Program-made: the position numbers and the translations under genes
Notes under the pieces: generated by a model
Database searches by the model: none
Told to the model about the DNA's origin: nothing
The model's input: only the letters and a program-made list of their open reading frames with translations
Part shown: positions 39,876 through 48,613 of the stretch, in pieces
Numbering within the stretch: position 1 is the stretch's first letter
Layout of the letters: each line of letters begins with the position of its first letter
IMG/VR virus record: IMGVR_UViG_3300020055_000005
Coordinates: 32,001 to 96,000 of that record
Strand: one strand, 5' to 3'
Source of the DNA: a virus
DNA length: 64,000 bases

Positions 39876-40213
39876 ATCAAAGGAGCTCCTTCAACTTCAC
39901 CATAATCAAAGTTCTCTATCCAATCTTGCATTACTCTATAATATGCATAGTATGTTGGACTATGTCCATTCATATCCATACCTTGTCCATCTTCTGAATA
40001 AGGTGTTTCTAAGTAATCAATAAGTGCTTGACATTCGTCTAAGTGGACTTCAGTGAGTTCGTCTTCACTTCCTATTTCAAGATACTCTAACATATTGTCA
40101 TATGCACTATCGTATGCTTGTTGGTGAATCCAATCATCACCCTTGTTAATAATTTTACTCCAGTTCCAATCTTGTTTTAGAGTAAACTTTTCTTCATCAT
40201 AAAAATTTGCCAT
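39872..40213 (-). CDS. Hypothetical acidic protein
   Basis: Coupled ORF in operon. Confidence 0.65.
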   Translation of the reverse strand: MANFYDEEKFTLKQDWNWSKIINKGDDWIHQQAYDSAYDNMLEYLEIGSEDELTEVHLDECQALIDYLETPYSEDGQGMDMNGHSPTYYAYYRVMQDWIENFDYGEVEGAPLI

Positions 40214-40214
40214 A

Positions 40215-40670
40215 TTAAAACCTCAAGTTATATCTGTTATCAGGGTCGACAGGGTCTACTTGTAATGGTAAACCAAAGAAGTGTTCTGCATCCCACGAAT
40301 CATAGTTGTTATCCCAAAACCAGTCGTGTCCTTCTTCACTGACACCTTCTAGAATTGCATCTTCATCTGCTTCACTTCCTTCTGCAAGGTGAACATAAAC
40401 ATCACGTCCACACTCATCAAATGATTCTACGAATTCGTTTTCAGAAAACTCATCAGGTTCCATATCACCTTGTGCATCTTCTGACATATATTTTTCTAAC
40501 AGCTCTTTATCATCTTCGTCTAATACCTTAATGATATAAGCACCACTTCTCCAAAGACATTCAATGACAACTCTATCTTCACTATCGTTATCTTTGAACA
40601 CTTCACGTTCTACATACGACTTTTTAAATTTCGGATAAATCGTATATTCTTTTCCGACTTCAATTTCCAT
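40215..40670 (-). CDS. Hypothetical acidic protein
   Basis: Start moved to ATG 40670 behind GGAG. Confidence 0.65.
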   Translation of the reverse strand: MEIEVGKEYTIYPKFKKSYVEREVFKDNDSEDRVVIECLWRSGAYIIKVLDEDDKELLEKYMSEDAQGDMEPDEFSENEFVESFDECGRDVYVHLAEGSEADEDAILEGVSEEGHDWFWDNNYDSWDAEHFFGLPLQVDPVDPDNRYNLRF

Positions 40671-40671
40671 A

Positions 40672-41346
40672 CTATACTCCGTATAAATTTTCATATTGTT
40701 TACGTAGTTGAAGTACATCATCTACATAATCAATAGGATTACAAAAAAACATTTGAAAGTTACCATCAGGTAAACAGACTAATGCCATACATTCTTCAAT
40801 AGGAACTCCTGTAAGCTCCTCAACCATCAGAGAGTATGCAGTCATTTGAACAAACCAAGGTTTTGCATATTCTTCTTTCTTATACTTCTCTGATGTTTTG
40901 AAATCGATTACTGTTAGTGTTCCCTCAAACATTCCTATGCAGTCAACACGTCCTGCCATCTTTAGGTGTGATGAGTATAGTGGTGCTTCAAGTGCAAGTG
41001 GAATGATACCATCTAACACTGGTTTAACACCTTTGAACATTGCCTCTTCTAAGACATTCTTAAACTCAATGTAAGGTTTTTCCTTTCTTAAATAGTCTTC
41101 GATGTGTTGGTGAATACGTGTTCCACGTGACGTTGCTTTCTTCGATACACGATTCGCCTCTTCTTCTCCTACTCGTTCTCTCCATAACTTGATTTGATCT
41201 CTAGTTAAAAGACTGGTGACAGTTGTGACACTAGGATATTTGTTTCCCTGAGTGTCGACATAAAATCGTTTACCATCTACCTGTTCTGTTTTAAGGTCTA
41301 GTCTTTCTAAGTCAGTTATCTCAAGTGTTGATGTTCTAATTTCCAT
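40672..41346 (-). CDS. PD-(D/E)XK exonuclease
   Basis: YPSVTTV; RGT.IH; AGRVDCI; VIDFKTS; Q.TAY. Confidence 0.88.
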   Translation of the reverse strand: MEIRTSTLEITDLERLDLKTEQVDGKRFYVDTQGNKYPSVTTVTSLLTRDQIKLWRERVGEEEANRVSKKATSRGTRIHQHIEDYLRKEKPYIEFKNVLEEAMFKGVKPVLDGIIPLALEAPLYSSHLKMAGRVDCIGMFEGTLTVIDFKTSEKYKKEEYAKPWFVQMTAYSLMVEELTGVPIEECMALVCLPDGNFQMFFCNPIDYVDDVLQLRKQYENLYGV

Positions 41347-41351
41347 AATTT

Positions 41352-41380
41352 ATTATACTACTTTCTTGACTGTAAGTCTA
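41352..41380 (-). promoter_or_regulatory. Sigma70-type promoter
   Basis: TAGACT-N17-TATAAT, 5 nt before ATG. Confidence 0.5.
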
Positions 41381-41663
41381 CATGCTTTTTGACAGTCGCA
41401 AGTGTCTTTTCTCTTTTGATGTCTTTCGTTCCATGTTCTGCATGAACATTAGAGCCTGGATGTGCATCACCCACTTTGGATAATACTTCTTTGAACCCAT
41501 CATCAACTTTGAAGTTGGTTGCAACACCACCCACAATATTTGCAGATGTTACTTGTTGTCTAAGATGGGGATTGGTTTCTTTGAATTCGTCTAATACTTT
41601 GTAAGACATTACATGTTCTTCTATCTCACCAGTATCATTATTTAAAAACACATATGTTGGCAT
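41358..41663 (-). CDS. FmdB-like small protein (lacks Cys ligands)
   Basis: MPTY.F....TGE...NPH; GFKEVLSK...HPGS. Confidence 0.65.
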   Translation of the reverse strand: MPTYVFLNNDTGEIEEHVMSYKVLDEFKETNPHLRQQVTSANIVGGVATNFKVDDGFKEVLSKVGDAHPGSNVHAEHGTKDIKREKTLATVKKHVDLQSRK

Positions 41664-41664
41664 A

Positions 41665-42201
41665 TCACATACTCATAAATTGGGGGACTTCTCTTTTAGT
41701 CCATTTTGCAAAGTCTTTTTTATAGACTGCATAGTATTTATGGTATGCAGAAAGAGAATCATTTTCCACTTTCACATCATCAGGCATACACTGAGGTGGT
41801 TCTTTCCATTCACCTAGTGTAATGTTATCAGGTGAATAGTATAGAATCTCTCTGAGTTTAGTATCGGTCAGATGTTTTTTACCATATCTATGAGTGTATT
41901 CATTACACAATGAAACAAACATGTGATATGCATACATGTACTGTTGTTTGTTTTCACGTACCCATTGAGTGGATGGATGATTGATATGAGAAGCCTTGTA
42001 TAAGATATCTTCTCTATCAGGGTCAAGTCTCCATCTTTGTATCCTGCGACCACTTGATGCATCAGTGTATTGTGTACCATCCAATATTCTATGTGCAGTA
42101 CTCAACATCTGAGCATATTCGATAATCATTTTAACCACGTGTTTGTCACAATGAAGTGTTGCAGACACGTCAGGGTTTTTGTGTAAGTAAAATAAATTCA
42201 C
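41665..42201 (-). CDS. Pyrimidine-dimer DNA glycosylase (DenV-like)
   Basis: NLFYL...HCDKHVVKMI.EYAQMLSTAH; H.NHPS..W; EYT.RYGK.H; GTG start at 42201. Confidence 0.8.
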   Translation of the reverse strand: MNLFYLHKNPDVSATLHCDKHVVKMIIEYAQMLSTAHRILDGTQYTDASSGRRIQRWRLDPDREDILYKASHINHPSTQWVRENKQQYMYAYHMFVSLCNEYTHRYGKKHLTDTKLREILYYSPDNITLGEWKEPPQCMPDDVKVENDSLSAYHKYYAVYKKDFAKWTKREVPQFMSM

Positions 42202-42449
42202 AGTTCCATTATTTGTTTTAAATATTTCTCGACGTTTTCCCAAGACAAGTGTCCAAGTACGTCTTCTGTTATACCACTAGTATAACACATATCTTCGTCT
42301 TTGAGAACCGCTAATTCCCATAAACCTTTTTTACCACCATAACTGTAATCGTGTTTGATTACACTTGCACCATACCCATTAGGGAATGCATAAACATGTT
42401 GCACTCCATCATACGGATAATCTGTATTCTTTAAATATTCTCTGAACAT
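42198..42449 (-). CDS. Conserved phage hypothetical protein
   Basis: FPNGYGASVI...SYGG..GLWELAVL. Confidence 0.7.
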   Translation of the reverse strand: MFREYLKNTDYPYDGVQHVYAFPNGYGASVIKHDYSYGGKKGLWELAVLKDEDMCYTSGITEDVLGHLSWENVEKYLKQIMEL

Positions 42450-42982
42450 TTGAATATACTCCTTTCCTTTTCAGTGATACCCTCACCAAATATAACTCCA
42501 TCAGATATCTTTAACTCTCTAACCATATCTGACACTCCTTTACGATGGAAATACTTTTCCTTCGTTGGGTATTGTTCAATATCATTTCTTGATATCATTA
42601 AAACTTTTGTTCTGTTGAAATTCATATTTGCCATAAAGAATGGTTTGTCTGATTGTTTTAAAAACTTTTCTTTACGTGCAAGAAAATGAATGTGTTTATA
42701 ATAATCTGGCCAGTCAGGATTCCATTCTCTCCATCTTTCTATGTCTATTGTACCTATGATTTCACCCTTGCATACAATACCTATGTCAACACCATACTGA
42801 CCATCAGGATGTTTCCTTAGATGATCAGGTGTTTCAGGTAAGAACGAAGTGAGATATTTTTTTAAAGACTCATCTTTATTAACCATATCAAAAAAAGTTT
42901 TGATGTCTTCTCCATCATCAAAACTATTGTTTCTATCGTTGTATGAACCCCACTTAGTTCTATGTACGCTTGTAACCTTCAT
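42431..42982 (-). CDS. Hypothetical protein, possible restriction-like nuclease fold
   Basis: YGVD...IDIER pattern. Confidence 0.5.
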   Translation of the reverse strand: MKVTSVHRTKWGSYNDRNNSFDDGEDIKTFFDMVNKDESLKKYLTSFLPETPDHLRKHPDGQYGVDIGIVCKGEIIGTIDIERWREWNPDWPDYYKHIHFLARKEKFLKQSDKPFFMANMNFNRTKVLMISRNDIEQYPTKEKYFHRKGVSDMVRELKISDGVIFGEGITEKERSIFKCSENI

Positions 42983-43536
42983 TTATAAAATAGATGATTG
43001 TCAACTGTTACTGTACGATTCAGACTGGATGCCCAGTAAGGTAATACACTGTCTGCATGATAATGGGTTGCACCTTCTGTTACATCAGACCACTCACCTT
43101 CCATGACTCGTCTTGCAATTAACATTGATTCAATCCATGTTTTACTATCGACTGGTTCATCTGACTTACCATCACAGAACCAACTGAACTGACACTTGTT
43201 TCTGACTGGAACTTCGTTACCTTTCCAGTTAATTTTCCATTGTGCCTGATACACTACATCGCAAATAGTGTCAGGATATAGACTAGAATCCACACGATTC
43301 AACACTACATGTGACACTGCAACCTTACCAATCATAGGTTGATTACCAGCTTCAAAATAAATGTTTTTTGCGAGACAGAATGCCTCTCCGTTTGCATCGT
43401 AGGCTTCTACTTTGGATGAAAACATTAGTACGAATACTAAAAATGCACTGAGAAATGCACCTGTTCCAAACCCAATGAGTGTATTAAGAAAATCACGGTT
43501 TACACGATCATTGATAACCTTTCCATATCTATTCAT
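42979..43536 (-). CDS. SleB/CwlJ-like cell-wall hydrolase with N-terminal TM
   Basis: CLAKNIYFEA; V..VVLNRV; CQFSWFCDG; GATHYHA; H.FYK. Confidence 0.92.
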   Translation of the reverse strand: MNRYGKVINDRVNRDFLNTLIGFGTGAFLSAFLVFVLMFSSKVEAYDANGEAFCLAKNIYFEAGNQPMIGKVAVSHVVLNRVDSSLYPDTICDVVYQAQWKINWKGNEVPVRNKCQFSWFCDGKSDEPVDSKTWIESMLIARRVMEGEWSDVTEGATHYHADSVLPYWASSLNRTVTVDNHLFYK

Positions 43537-43715
43537 GTGTTATCTCCATCGGTTGTTTTAACTTTGGACTTATCGAAATATCCACCCTTTTCCCAAGGAA
43601 GTGGAATATATTTATTCTTTCGTCTTTCTTCATTGATATGAATTGCACCATAACAAAAAATTCCTGCAAGTGTGCAGAAAACTATTCCAAATAGAATATC
43701 AAATATACCCATCAA
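43533..43715 (-). CDS. Small membrane protein
   Basis: N-terminal TM; coupled ORF. Confidence 0.55.
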   Translation of the reverse strand: MMGIFDILFGIVFCTLAGIFCYGAIHINEERRKNKYIPLPWEKGGYFDKSKVKTTDGDNT

Positions 43716-43882
43716 TATCCACTGGTTGTATGTGCATATTCATCTGCACAATTGGTTTCACCACAAACACAAACACCCTCAGGTAGTTCGTCTTCAGGAC
43801 TTGGTGCAAAGTCACTAATGTGGTGTTCCACTCCACAGTCATCTACAAACGTTGTGATGACTTTATCATTATCAATAGTCAT
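43712..43882 (-). CDS. Small hypothetical protein with CxCxxxxC-H motif
   Basis: CVCGETNCADEYAHTTSGY; start behind GAGGAG. Confidence 0.6.
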   Translation of the reverse strand: MTIDNDKVITTFVDDCGVEHHISDFAPSPEDELPEGVCVCGETNCADEYAHTTSGY

Positions 43883-44036
43883 AATCATTCTCCTCTTGGT
43901 CATAAGCAAACCAAGTCATTAATCCTAACCCTACTATTATAACACTAATACTGTCTAATGGGAAGAGGGTTTCCGTATTCTGTTCCATCCCACCGACTCC
44001 ACCGAGTACTAGTATCAATCCAATAATTAATCTCAT
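43872..44036 (-). CDS. Small membrane protein, 54 aa (not in ORF track)
   Basis: MRLIIGLILVLGGVGG...IIVGLGLMTWF; overlaps both neighbours. Confidence 0.55.
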   Translation of the reverse strand: MRLIIGLILVLGGVGGMEQNTETLFPLDSISVIIVGLGLMTWFAYDQEENDYDY

Positions 44037-44122
44037 ATTATCCCCATAATAATTAATGCAAGAATAATGAATTCATCTATGATCATTATCCCTACAAAGA
44101 TTTTAAACAGTAACCATTTCAT
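44033..44122 (-). CDS. Small membrane protein, 29 aa (not in ORF track)
   Basis: MKWLLFKIFVGIMIIDEFIILALIIMGII; ATGA coupling on both sides. Confidence 0.5.
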   Translation of the reverse strand: MKWLLFKIFVGIMIIDEFIILALIIMGII

Positions 44123-44442
44123 GCTACTGCCTCTTCAAGTTCCCACTCAAGGTCATCAATCTCGATACCTTTATCTCTGACTGCATCCTCAAATGGTTCT
44201 ACTAAATCGTACATTGCAGATTCAAGTGCATTGATTTTTTCTCTGACTTCTTTGATTTTCCACTCAAGGTCAGATGAATCAGATACGTCCATACCCAACT
44301 CTTCTGCAACATTTGTAACCTTGTTGTAGATAGAGAAGAAGTCAATGTACTTAACATCTTTAGTAATGTTATTCACTTTATTAACTGCAGATTCCAAGTC
44401 CCACTTTTCATCATACAGCTTATCTAATTTTGCATTTGCCAT
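44119..44442 (-). CDS. Hypothetical coiled-coil protein
   Basis: ORF with GGAG SD. Confidence 0.65.
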   Translation of the reverse strand: MANAKLDKLYDEKWDLESAVNKVNNITKDVKYIDFFSIYNKVTNVAEELGMDVSDSSDLEWKIKEVREKINALESAMYDLVEPFEDAVRDKGIEIDDLEWELEEAVA

Positions 44443-44451
44443 AATCTACTC

Positions 44452-44934
44452 CTAATTTAATAATTCTTTTAATTTGGGGTCGTTACCATCGAACCACCCT
44501 TGTTTAACTTTGTACTGACATGCATAGTCAGTTCTCTCACCATCTTTTAATGGTGTCCACTGTTCACTCTTTGCGAGGATTTCTTTCCTCATGTAACCAT
44601 ACTCGTCGTTGGTGACGAATCGAAGACACGTCCACTTACCATCGACGTATTGAAACTCAATGGGATTTTCCCACTCTGCACATTCCTGAGCATCATCCTC
44701 AACGATTTCCCAATCAAGGATGTACTCCTCAAACCCATCGTGAGAAAACTCAATGAGACTTGTTAGAGTTGGAATACCCTCATTTGCAATCTTGTTCATT
44801 GAAGATGAAGACAAGTTATTCACCACATAAGTGTCACCACCTTTGAACTTCCAGTATTGAGGACACTCACCCTTACCATCCCAGTCGTGGAAACCGTAGT
44901 TCTCTTTGTGTTGTGTTTGAATAACAAGTTTCAT
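44452..44934 (-). CDS. Conserved phage hypothetical protein
   Basis: MKLVIQTQ.KENY..HDWDG.GECPQYWKFKGG. Confidence 0.7.
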   Translation of the reverse strand: MKLVIQTQHKENYGFHDWDGKGECPQYWKFKGGDTYVVNNLSSSSMNKIANEGIPTLTSLIEFSHDGFEEYILDWEIVEDDAQECAEWENPIEFQYVDGKWTCLRFVTNDEYGYMRKEILAKSEQWTPLKDGERTDYACQYKVKQGWFDGNDPKLKELLN

Positions 44935-44944
44935 AAAATATCTC

Positions 44945-45271
44945 CTAGATTAAATAGTCAGGGCCGTACTTTCTCATCCCTCTGATTTCGTATCCATCGA
45001 ACAGGTTACCACGTCCTGCATTCAGAGTTGGAGTCGCCCAACCTGCAGCTTTGAGAACAGTTCCTATCTCAAACTTGGGATTTGATTTGTTAATGAAACC
45101 CCAAACAGTTCGTTGGTTACCAGTGTTGGTAATCACCTTAACATACTTACGTGCAACCTCAAAATAGGTATGATACTCAGTAAGTGTGGGGTATTCCTTG
45201 ATATGCAGATCATTAATGTCATCACATAATTTCTGCACAAGGGGTAAAAGATTGTCTACGTTGCGTTCCAT
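44945..45271 (-). CDS. Conserved early hypothetical protein
   Basis: KYVKV...VWGFI...G.VLKAAGW.TP...RGN; start behind AGGAG. Confidence 0.7.
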   Translation of the reverse strand: MERNVDNLLPLVQKLCDDINDLHIKEYPTLTEYHTYFEVARKYVKVITNTGNQRTVWGFINKSNPKFEIGTVLKAAGWATPTLNAGRGNLFDGYEIRGMRKYGPDYLI

Positions 45272-45298
45272 ATTGTCTCCTTTTTTCATCATGTGTAT

Positions 45299-45328
45299 AG
45301 TATACTAAAAAGTGAGACCCTTTGTCAA
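45299..45328 (-). promoter_or_regulatory. Early sigma70-type promoter
   Basis: TTGACA-N18-TATACT. Confidence 0.75.
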
Positions 45329-45359
45329 GCTTTTTAACGTCTGATTTTAAAGGATTTTT

Positions 45360-45447
45360 TGGTGCCTGAGGCGAGAATCGAACTCGCATGACCGTAAAGT
45401 CGAGGGATTTTAAGTCCCTTGTGTATACCTATTTCCACCACTCAGGC
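45360..45447 (-). tRNA. tRNA-Leu(TAA)
   Basis: Cloverleaf with long variable arm, anticodon loop CTTAAAA, GTTCGA T-loop, CCA end. Confidence 0.95.
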
Positions 45448-45578
45448 AACGTATGACGTATTAAGTCATAGGTAAGATAGAAGACTGTCCCCAATAGGTA
45501 TATGACAGTCCCTAGTGTGATGAATAACCACCCATAAACTAGTAATAAAAGAATGACATTGATTATTTCATTTATCAT
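45429..45578 (-). CDS. Small membrane protein, 49 aa, ending inside tRNA-Leu
   Basis: GGAG SD; MINEIINVILLLLVYGWLF...LPEWWK. Confidence 0.5.
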   Translation of the reverse strand: MINEIINVILLLLVYGWLFITLGTVIYLLGTVFYLTYDLIRHTLPEWWK

Positions 45579-45591
45579 GTGGTTCTCCATT

Positions 45592-45668
45592 TGGCACCCT
45601 CGGCAGGAATCGAACCTGCAACCTACGGTTTAGAAGACCGTTGTTCTATCCGATTGAACTACGAGGGC
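45592..45668 (-). tRNA. tRNA-Arg(TCT)
   Basis: Cloverleaf, anticodon loop CTTCTAA, CCA end. Confidence 0.95.
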
Positions 45669-45670
45669 AG

Positions 45671-45934
45671 TTATACTGCAATTTGTTCTAACACAACCTG
45701 TTTCTCAAGTTGGGTCAGATCATCAATAGATTTAAAACGAGTCCATACAGTTCCGTATGTGACTAACTTATTACCTGCAGTAACAGCTGCATTCCATTTT
45801 GCATCCAGTTCACTCTGTTTCTCTAATGGTTGTTTTGAGTTACTTGCATATATCTTGTTTTCTTCGCAATCCTTGATCAATCGTTGACCAAGTTTCACAT
45901 AATATTCTTCTGCGTTTTGCATTAGGTTCTCCAT
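45671..45934 (-). CDS. Hypothetical early protein
   Basis: ORF behind early promoter; start may be the second ATG (45922). Confidence 0.65.
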   Translation of the reverse strand: MENLMQNAEEYYVKLGQRLIKDCEENKIYASNSKQPLEKQSELDAKWNAAVTAGNKLVTYGTVWTRFKSIDDLTQLEKQVVLEQIAV

Positions 45935-45947
45935 AATTAATGTTGTT

Positions 45948-45977
45948 ATAGTATCAAAAAATACTATGCAATGTCAA
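45948..45977 (-). promoter_or_regulatory. Early sigma70-type promoter
   Basis: TTGACA-N18-TACTAT. Confidence 0.7.
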
Positions 45978-45983
45978 TGGATT

Positions 45984-46232
45984 TTATAGATTTTTTTGAA
46001 TTAGATTTAATTCTTCGATTTTTTTGTTGATGATCTCTACTCTGTTAGGCCAGTAGATGTAATCTTTATCAGAATCCTTTGCAAGATTTTCTAGGAGTGG
46101 TCTGATAAAGTTATCTAAGTTTTGGATTACTTCAGTTGCACTAGTGGTCTTTTCGACAATCTTAGTGTCGATAGATGCAAGTTCATCACCATCTAATGCA
46201 GTGAATCCAAAGTCGTTGTATTCAATACTCAT
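45984..46232 (-). CDS. Conserved T4-like hypothetical protein
   Basis: DFGFTA...PLL.NL.K...KDYIYWPNR; ATG 5 nt after CTAAATA. Confidence 0.7.
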   Translation of the reverse strand: MSIEYNDFGFTALDGDELASIDTKIVEKTTSATEVIQNLDNFIRPLLENLAKDSDKDYIYWPNRVEIINKKIEELNLIQKNL

Positions 46233-46236
46233 AGTA

Positions 46237-46815
46237 TTATTTAGTAAACCTCTCCATTTCTTTAAGGGTTTCTTTATCACTTTGCACATCTACATAGTTT
46301 GCATGTGCTTGAAGTGTAATATCTGACACTTCATAATCAGGATATGAGGTAATAAGTTTATGTATCAATCCTGCGACATCCTGATGTTTAACACTTGGTA
46401 GATCATGTTCAAGTAATCCCAAGTTAATGGTTGTCATCTTATATCGTTTCTTAGAATTGAATTGTAGATTATCTGCAAGGTGATTGAGTTGTGCTTTCTC
46501 AGCTGCATACTCATATCCTTTAGATATGTTAGGACGAGCAGCACGTGATGAAATGTTGATTATGTATTTGGTCTTTTCAGTTTCCCATGCACGATGTGTA
46601 ATTCCCAATATCTTTGTTTGGTCTTGATGTGCAAGATTGATAAGAACATCGCAAGGTCTATGACCTCTGTATATCCAACAGTTCTCTTTGTTTGCAGTTA
46701 TGTCCTCACAACGAATAGGTGACACTTCAATAGTCTGTCCTCTAAAAGGTGTTGACTCTAGTGTATCCTTAATTACTTTTGCAAGTCCTGATGTTCCTGT
46801 TATTGCTACTCTCAT
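46237..46815 (-). CDS. Short-chain dehydrogenase/reductase-like protein
   Basis: AITGTSGLA, INISS, YAAEK (YxxxK). Confidence 0.75.
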   Translation of the reverse strand: MRVAITGTSGLAKVIKDTLESTPFRGQTIEVSPIRCEDITANKENCWIYRGHRPCDVLINLAHQDQTKILGITHRAWETEKTKYIINISSRAARPNISKGYEYAAEKAQLNHLADNLQFNSKKRYKMTTINLGLLEHDLPSVKHQDVAGLIHKLITSYPDYEVSDITLQAHANYVDVQSDKETLKEMERFTK

Positions 46816-46997
46816 ATCTTATTCCATACTCTCTCATGTATAAAGTAAATAAACATTTTTGCAATGAACTCTACTCCACCAATTGCAAGTCCTACTTTGT
46901 AGTCACCTGTAATCGCCCATGCAATTAATATGGTTGTTATTGTTGCTGTAATTCTCCAACTAAAAGTTTTAGCTAGAGTTTTCTTTATAGAGTCCAT
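46812..46997 (-). CDS. DUF2061-like membrane protein
   Basis: KTFSWRI.AT...K..IYF.HERVW. Confidence 0.85.
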   Translation of the reverse strand: MDSIKKTLAKTFSWRITATITTILIAWAITGDYKVGLAIGGVEFIAKMFIYFIHERVWNKI

Positions 46998-47337
46998 TCC
47001 TTATTTCTGTTGCACTTACGTCTTCGATCTCCTTATCGAAGTGTTCTTGTTCAATCTTATACCCTACATCACGTCCATAAGTTATATGTGTAATGTTTGG
47101 TACTTCGACTATATCATAATCCAATGTACGAGTGAATCCATGTTTCTTTAAGTCTTCACTAATAAATTTTACTCTTTCCCCAAAATTATATGGGTTACTG
47201 TCTGTACCGTCTTCCTTCCTGAGTAGTATTACTACTTGACCAGTTTTGGAAATTCCTCGCTTAAATAGTTCGAGATGCCCTCTATGCCAGGGCTGGAACC
47301 TTCCAAGGAGTTGCGTAGTTGGTCTAGTCCAATCCAT
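46969..47337 (-). CDS. Cytidylyltransferase-like (HIGH) nucleotidyltransferase
   Basis: GRFQPWHRGH; NP; YGRDVGY; SATEIR. Confidence 0.85.
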   Translation of the reverse strand: MDWTRPTTQLLGRFQPWHRGHLELFKRGISKTGQVVILLRKEDGTDSNPYNFGERVKFISEDLKKHGFTRTLDYDIVEVPNITHITYGRDVGYKIEQEHFDKEIEDVSATEIRNGLYKENSS

Positions 47338-47690
47338 TCTGTTATCCTTATATCGTACTCATCTTCTGTTGGTGGTTCGAATAATGCATTCGTGTCTTCA
47401 TACTCTGACTCTTTAATCGTATCCATCCAAATAGTAAAGGTTGCATCCGTTAGAGTTCTTGTCTTTTGAGTAGGACAAACAAAATCCAAAATACCAAAAA
47501 GTGCTGACCCCATTCTTCTCGCTTGTTTATCTCTACCTTCCTCAGAGAAATCCCAATCTTTGAAATTCTCTCTAGTAGTATCTGCGTTAATATGAGGCAT
47601 AAGGAAGTGGTACGCTAACTCCCTTGCAAGTGTAGTCTTGCCTGAACCAGGCAATCCCATGATCATAATCTTCTTATGTTTCTTAATCAT
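47232..47690 (-). CDS. Adenylylsulfate-kinase-like P-loop kinase
   Basis: GLPGSGKTTLA; NAD..R; DFS.EGR..QA.RM; DFVCP. Confidence 0.8.
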   Translation of the reverse strand: MIKKHKKIMIMGLPGSGKTTLARELAYHFLMPHINADTTRENFKDWDFSEEGRDKQARRMGSALFGILDFVCPTQKTRTLTDATFTIWMDTIKESEYEDTNALFEPPTEDEYDIRITEWIGLDQLRNSLEGSSPGIEGISNYLSEEFPKLVK

Positions 47691-48613
47691 CTATTCTCCA
47701 AGTGTTTGTTCACAATGTCAAATGATGGTTTACCAAATAGTGAACCATCAACACTACACTTATTGCAAGGGGACTGTGAACGGTCTCCCTTTGCAAGTTT
47801 CCTACGAATTTTATTCATAGGTTTACTGAACCATACATCGTATAGAGATTGTTGTAAAAGATTTCCTACAACGTGTTCTCTACCCCAATCGTTGGAACAG
47901 AATAAAACATCACCATTCCAATCAACAAACATTTTATAAAAAGGATAGTGACACGGTTTACCTTGTAATTTTTTAATATCTGTTTCTTCAATTCCGACCC
48001 AGTCAATGACTCCACTCCTGTTGTTTAAAATTAATCCGTGTTTCTCAAAGTCACCCCAATGCATTCTATACTTGTATCTGTCTTGGGGGATTCTTGCACT
48101 TTTCATTATCTCATCAAAGTGTTCCATCTGTTCAGGCCCATCATATAGATTTATATAGAGTAAGTCTAAACCTGATTTTGCAATTCGTATTGCATAATCT
48201 ACATCTAACTTGTCACCGTTAGTGTTACACTCTAGTGTCGCTTGTGGTAGTGCATGTCTAAAGGTTGATATGATCTGTGGGAACCATGGATTTAATAAGT
48301 TCTCACCGAATCCACTAAAAGATATTTTACCTTGGTATCCATTGTCTGCTAATTCTTCTGCAATGGTTTCAGCACCCTTAATTGTAAGGTGGAGTTGCCT
48401 ATTGGGAAATACTGTTGGGTCATGTCTCGGACAAAAGACACATGTACGATTGCACAACTCAGTAGTATTAATTTCAACTGTAAGAATCGACATGAGTGGG
48501 TCATCTTGACCTCCTATCCTTTTCCAATGTTTCTTTTCTTGTTCTCTTCTATGTTCAAGAAAATCAAACTGGTCAACTGCAGTAGTAGGGATTATGTTTT
48601 TGTCGTAGAGCAT
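47687..48613 (-). CDS. Radical SAM protein with SPASM/twitch domain
   Basis: CNRTCVFC; GFGE; NTNG; C..PF....VDWNGDV..C..DW...GN...C..C. Confidence 0.92.
   Translation of the reverse strand: MLYDKNIIPTTAVDQFDFLEHRREQEKKHWKRIGGQDDPLMSILTVEINTTELCNRTCVFCPRHDPTVFPNRQLHLTIKGAETIAEELADNGYQGKISFSGFGENLLNPWFPQIISTFRHALPQATLECNTNGDKLDVDYAIRIAKSGLDLLYINLYDGPEQMEHFDEIMKSARIPQDRYKYRMHWGDFEKHGLILNNRSGVIDWVGIEETDIKKLQGKPCHYPFYKMFVDWNGDVLFCSNDWGREHVVGNLLQQSLYDVWFSKPMNKIRRKLAKGDRSQSPCNKCSVDGSLFGKPSFDIVNKHLENR

Noticed and set aside
40672-41346. Cas4/CRISPR system
   Set aside because: Ordinary T4-like PD-(D/E)XK exonuclease; no Fe-S cysteine set, other cas genes or array
43935-43957. TAGACA...TATAAT promoter
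   Set aside because: Spacer only about 10 nt and lies inside a small ORF
45579-45887. ORFs spanning tRNAs (also 62459..62665, 62514..62723, 62995..63384)
   Set aside because: Translations of tRNA sequence
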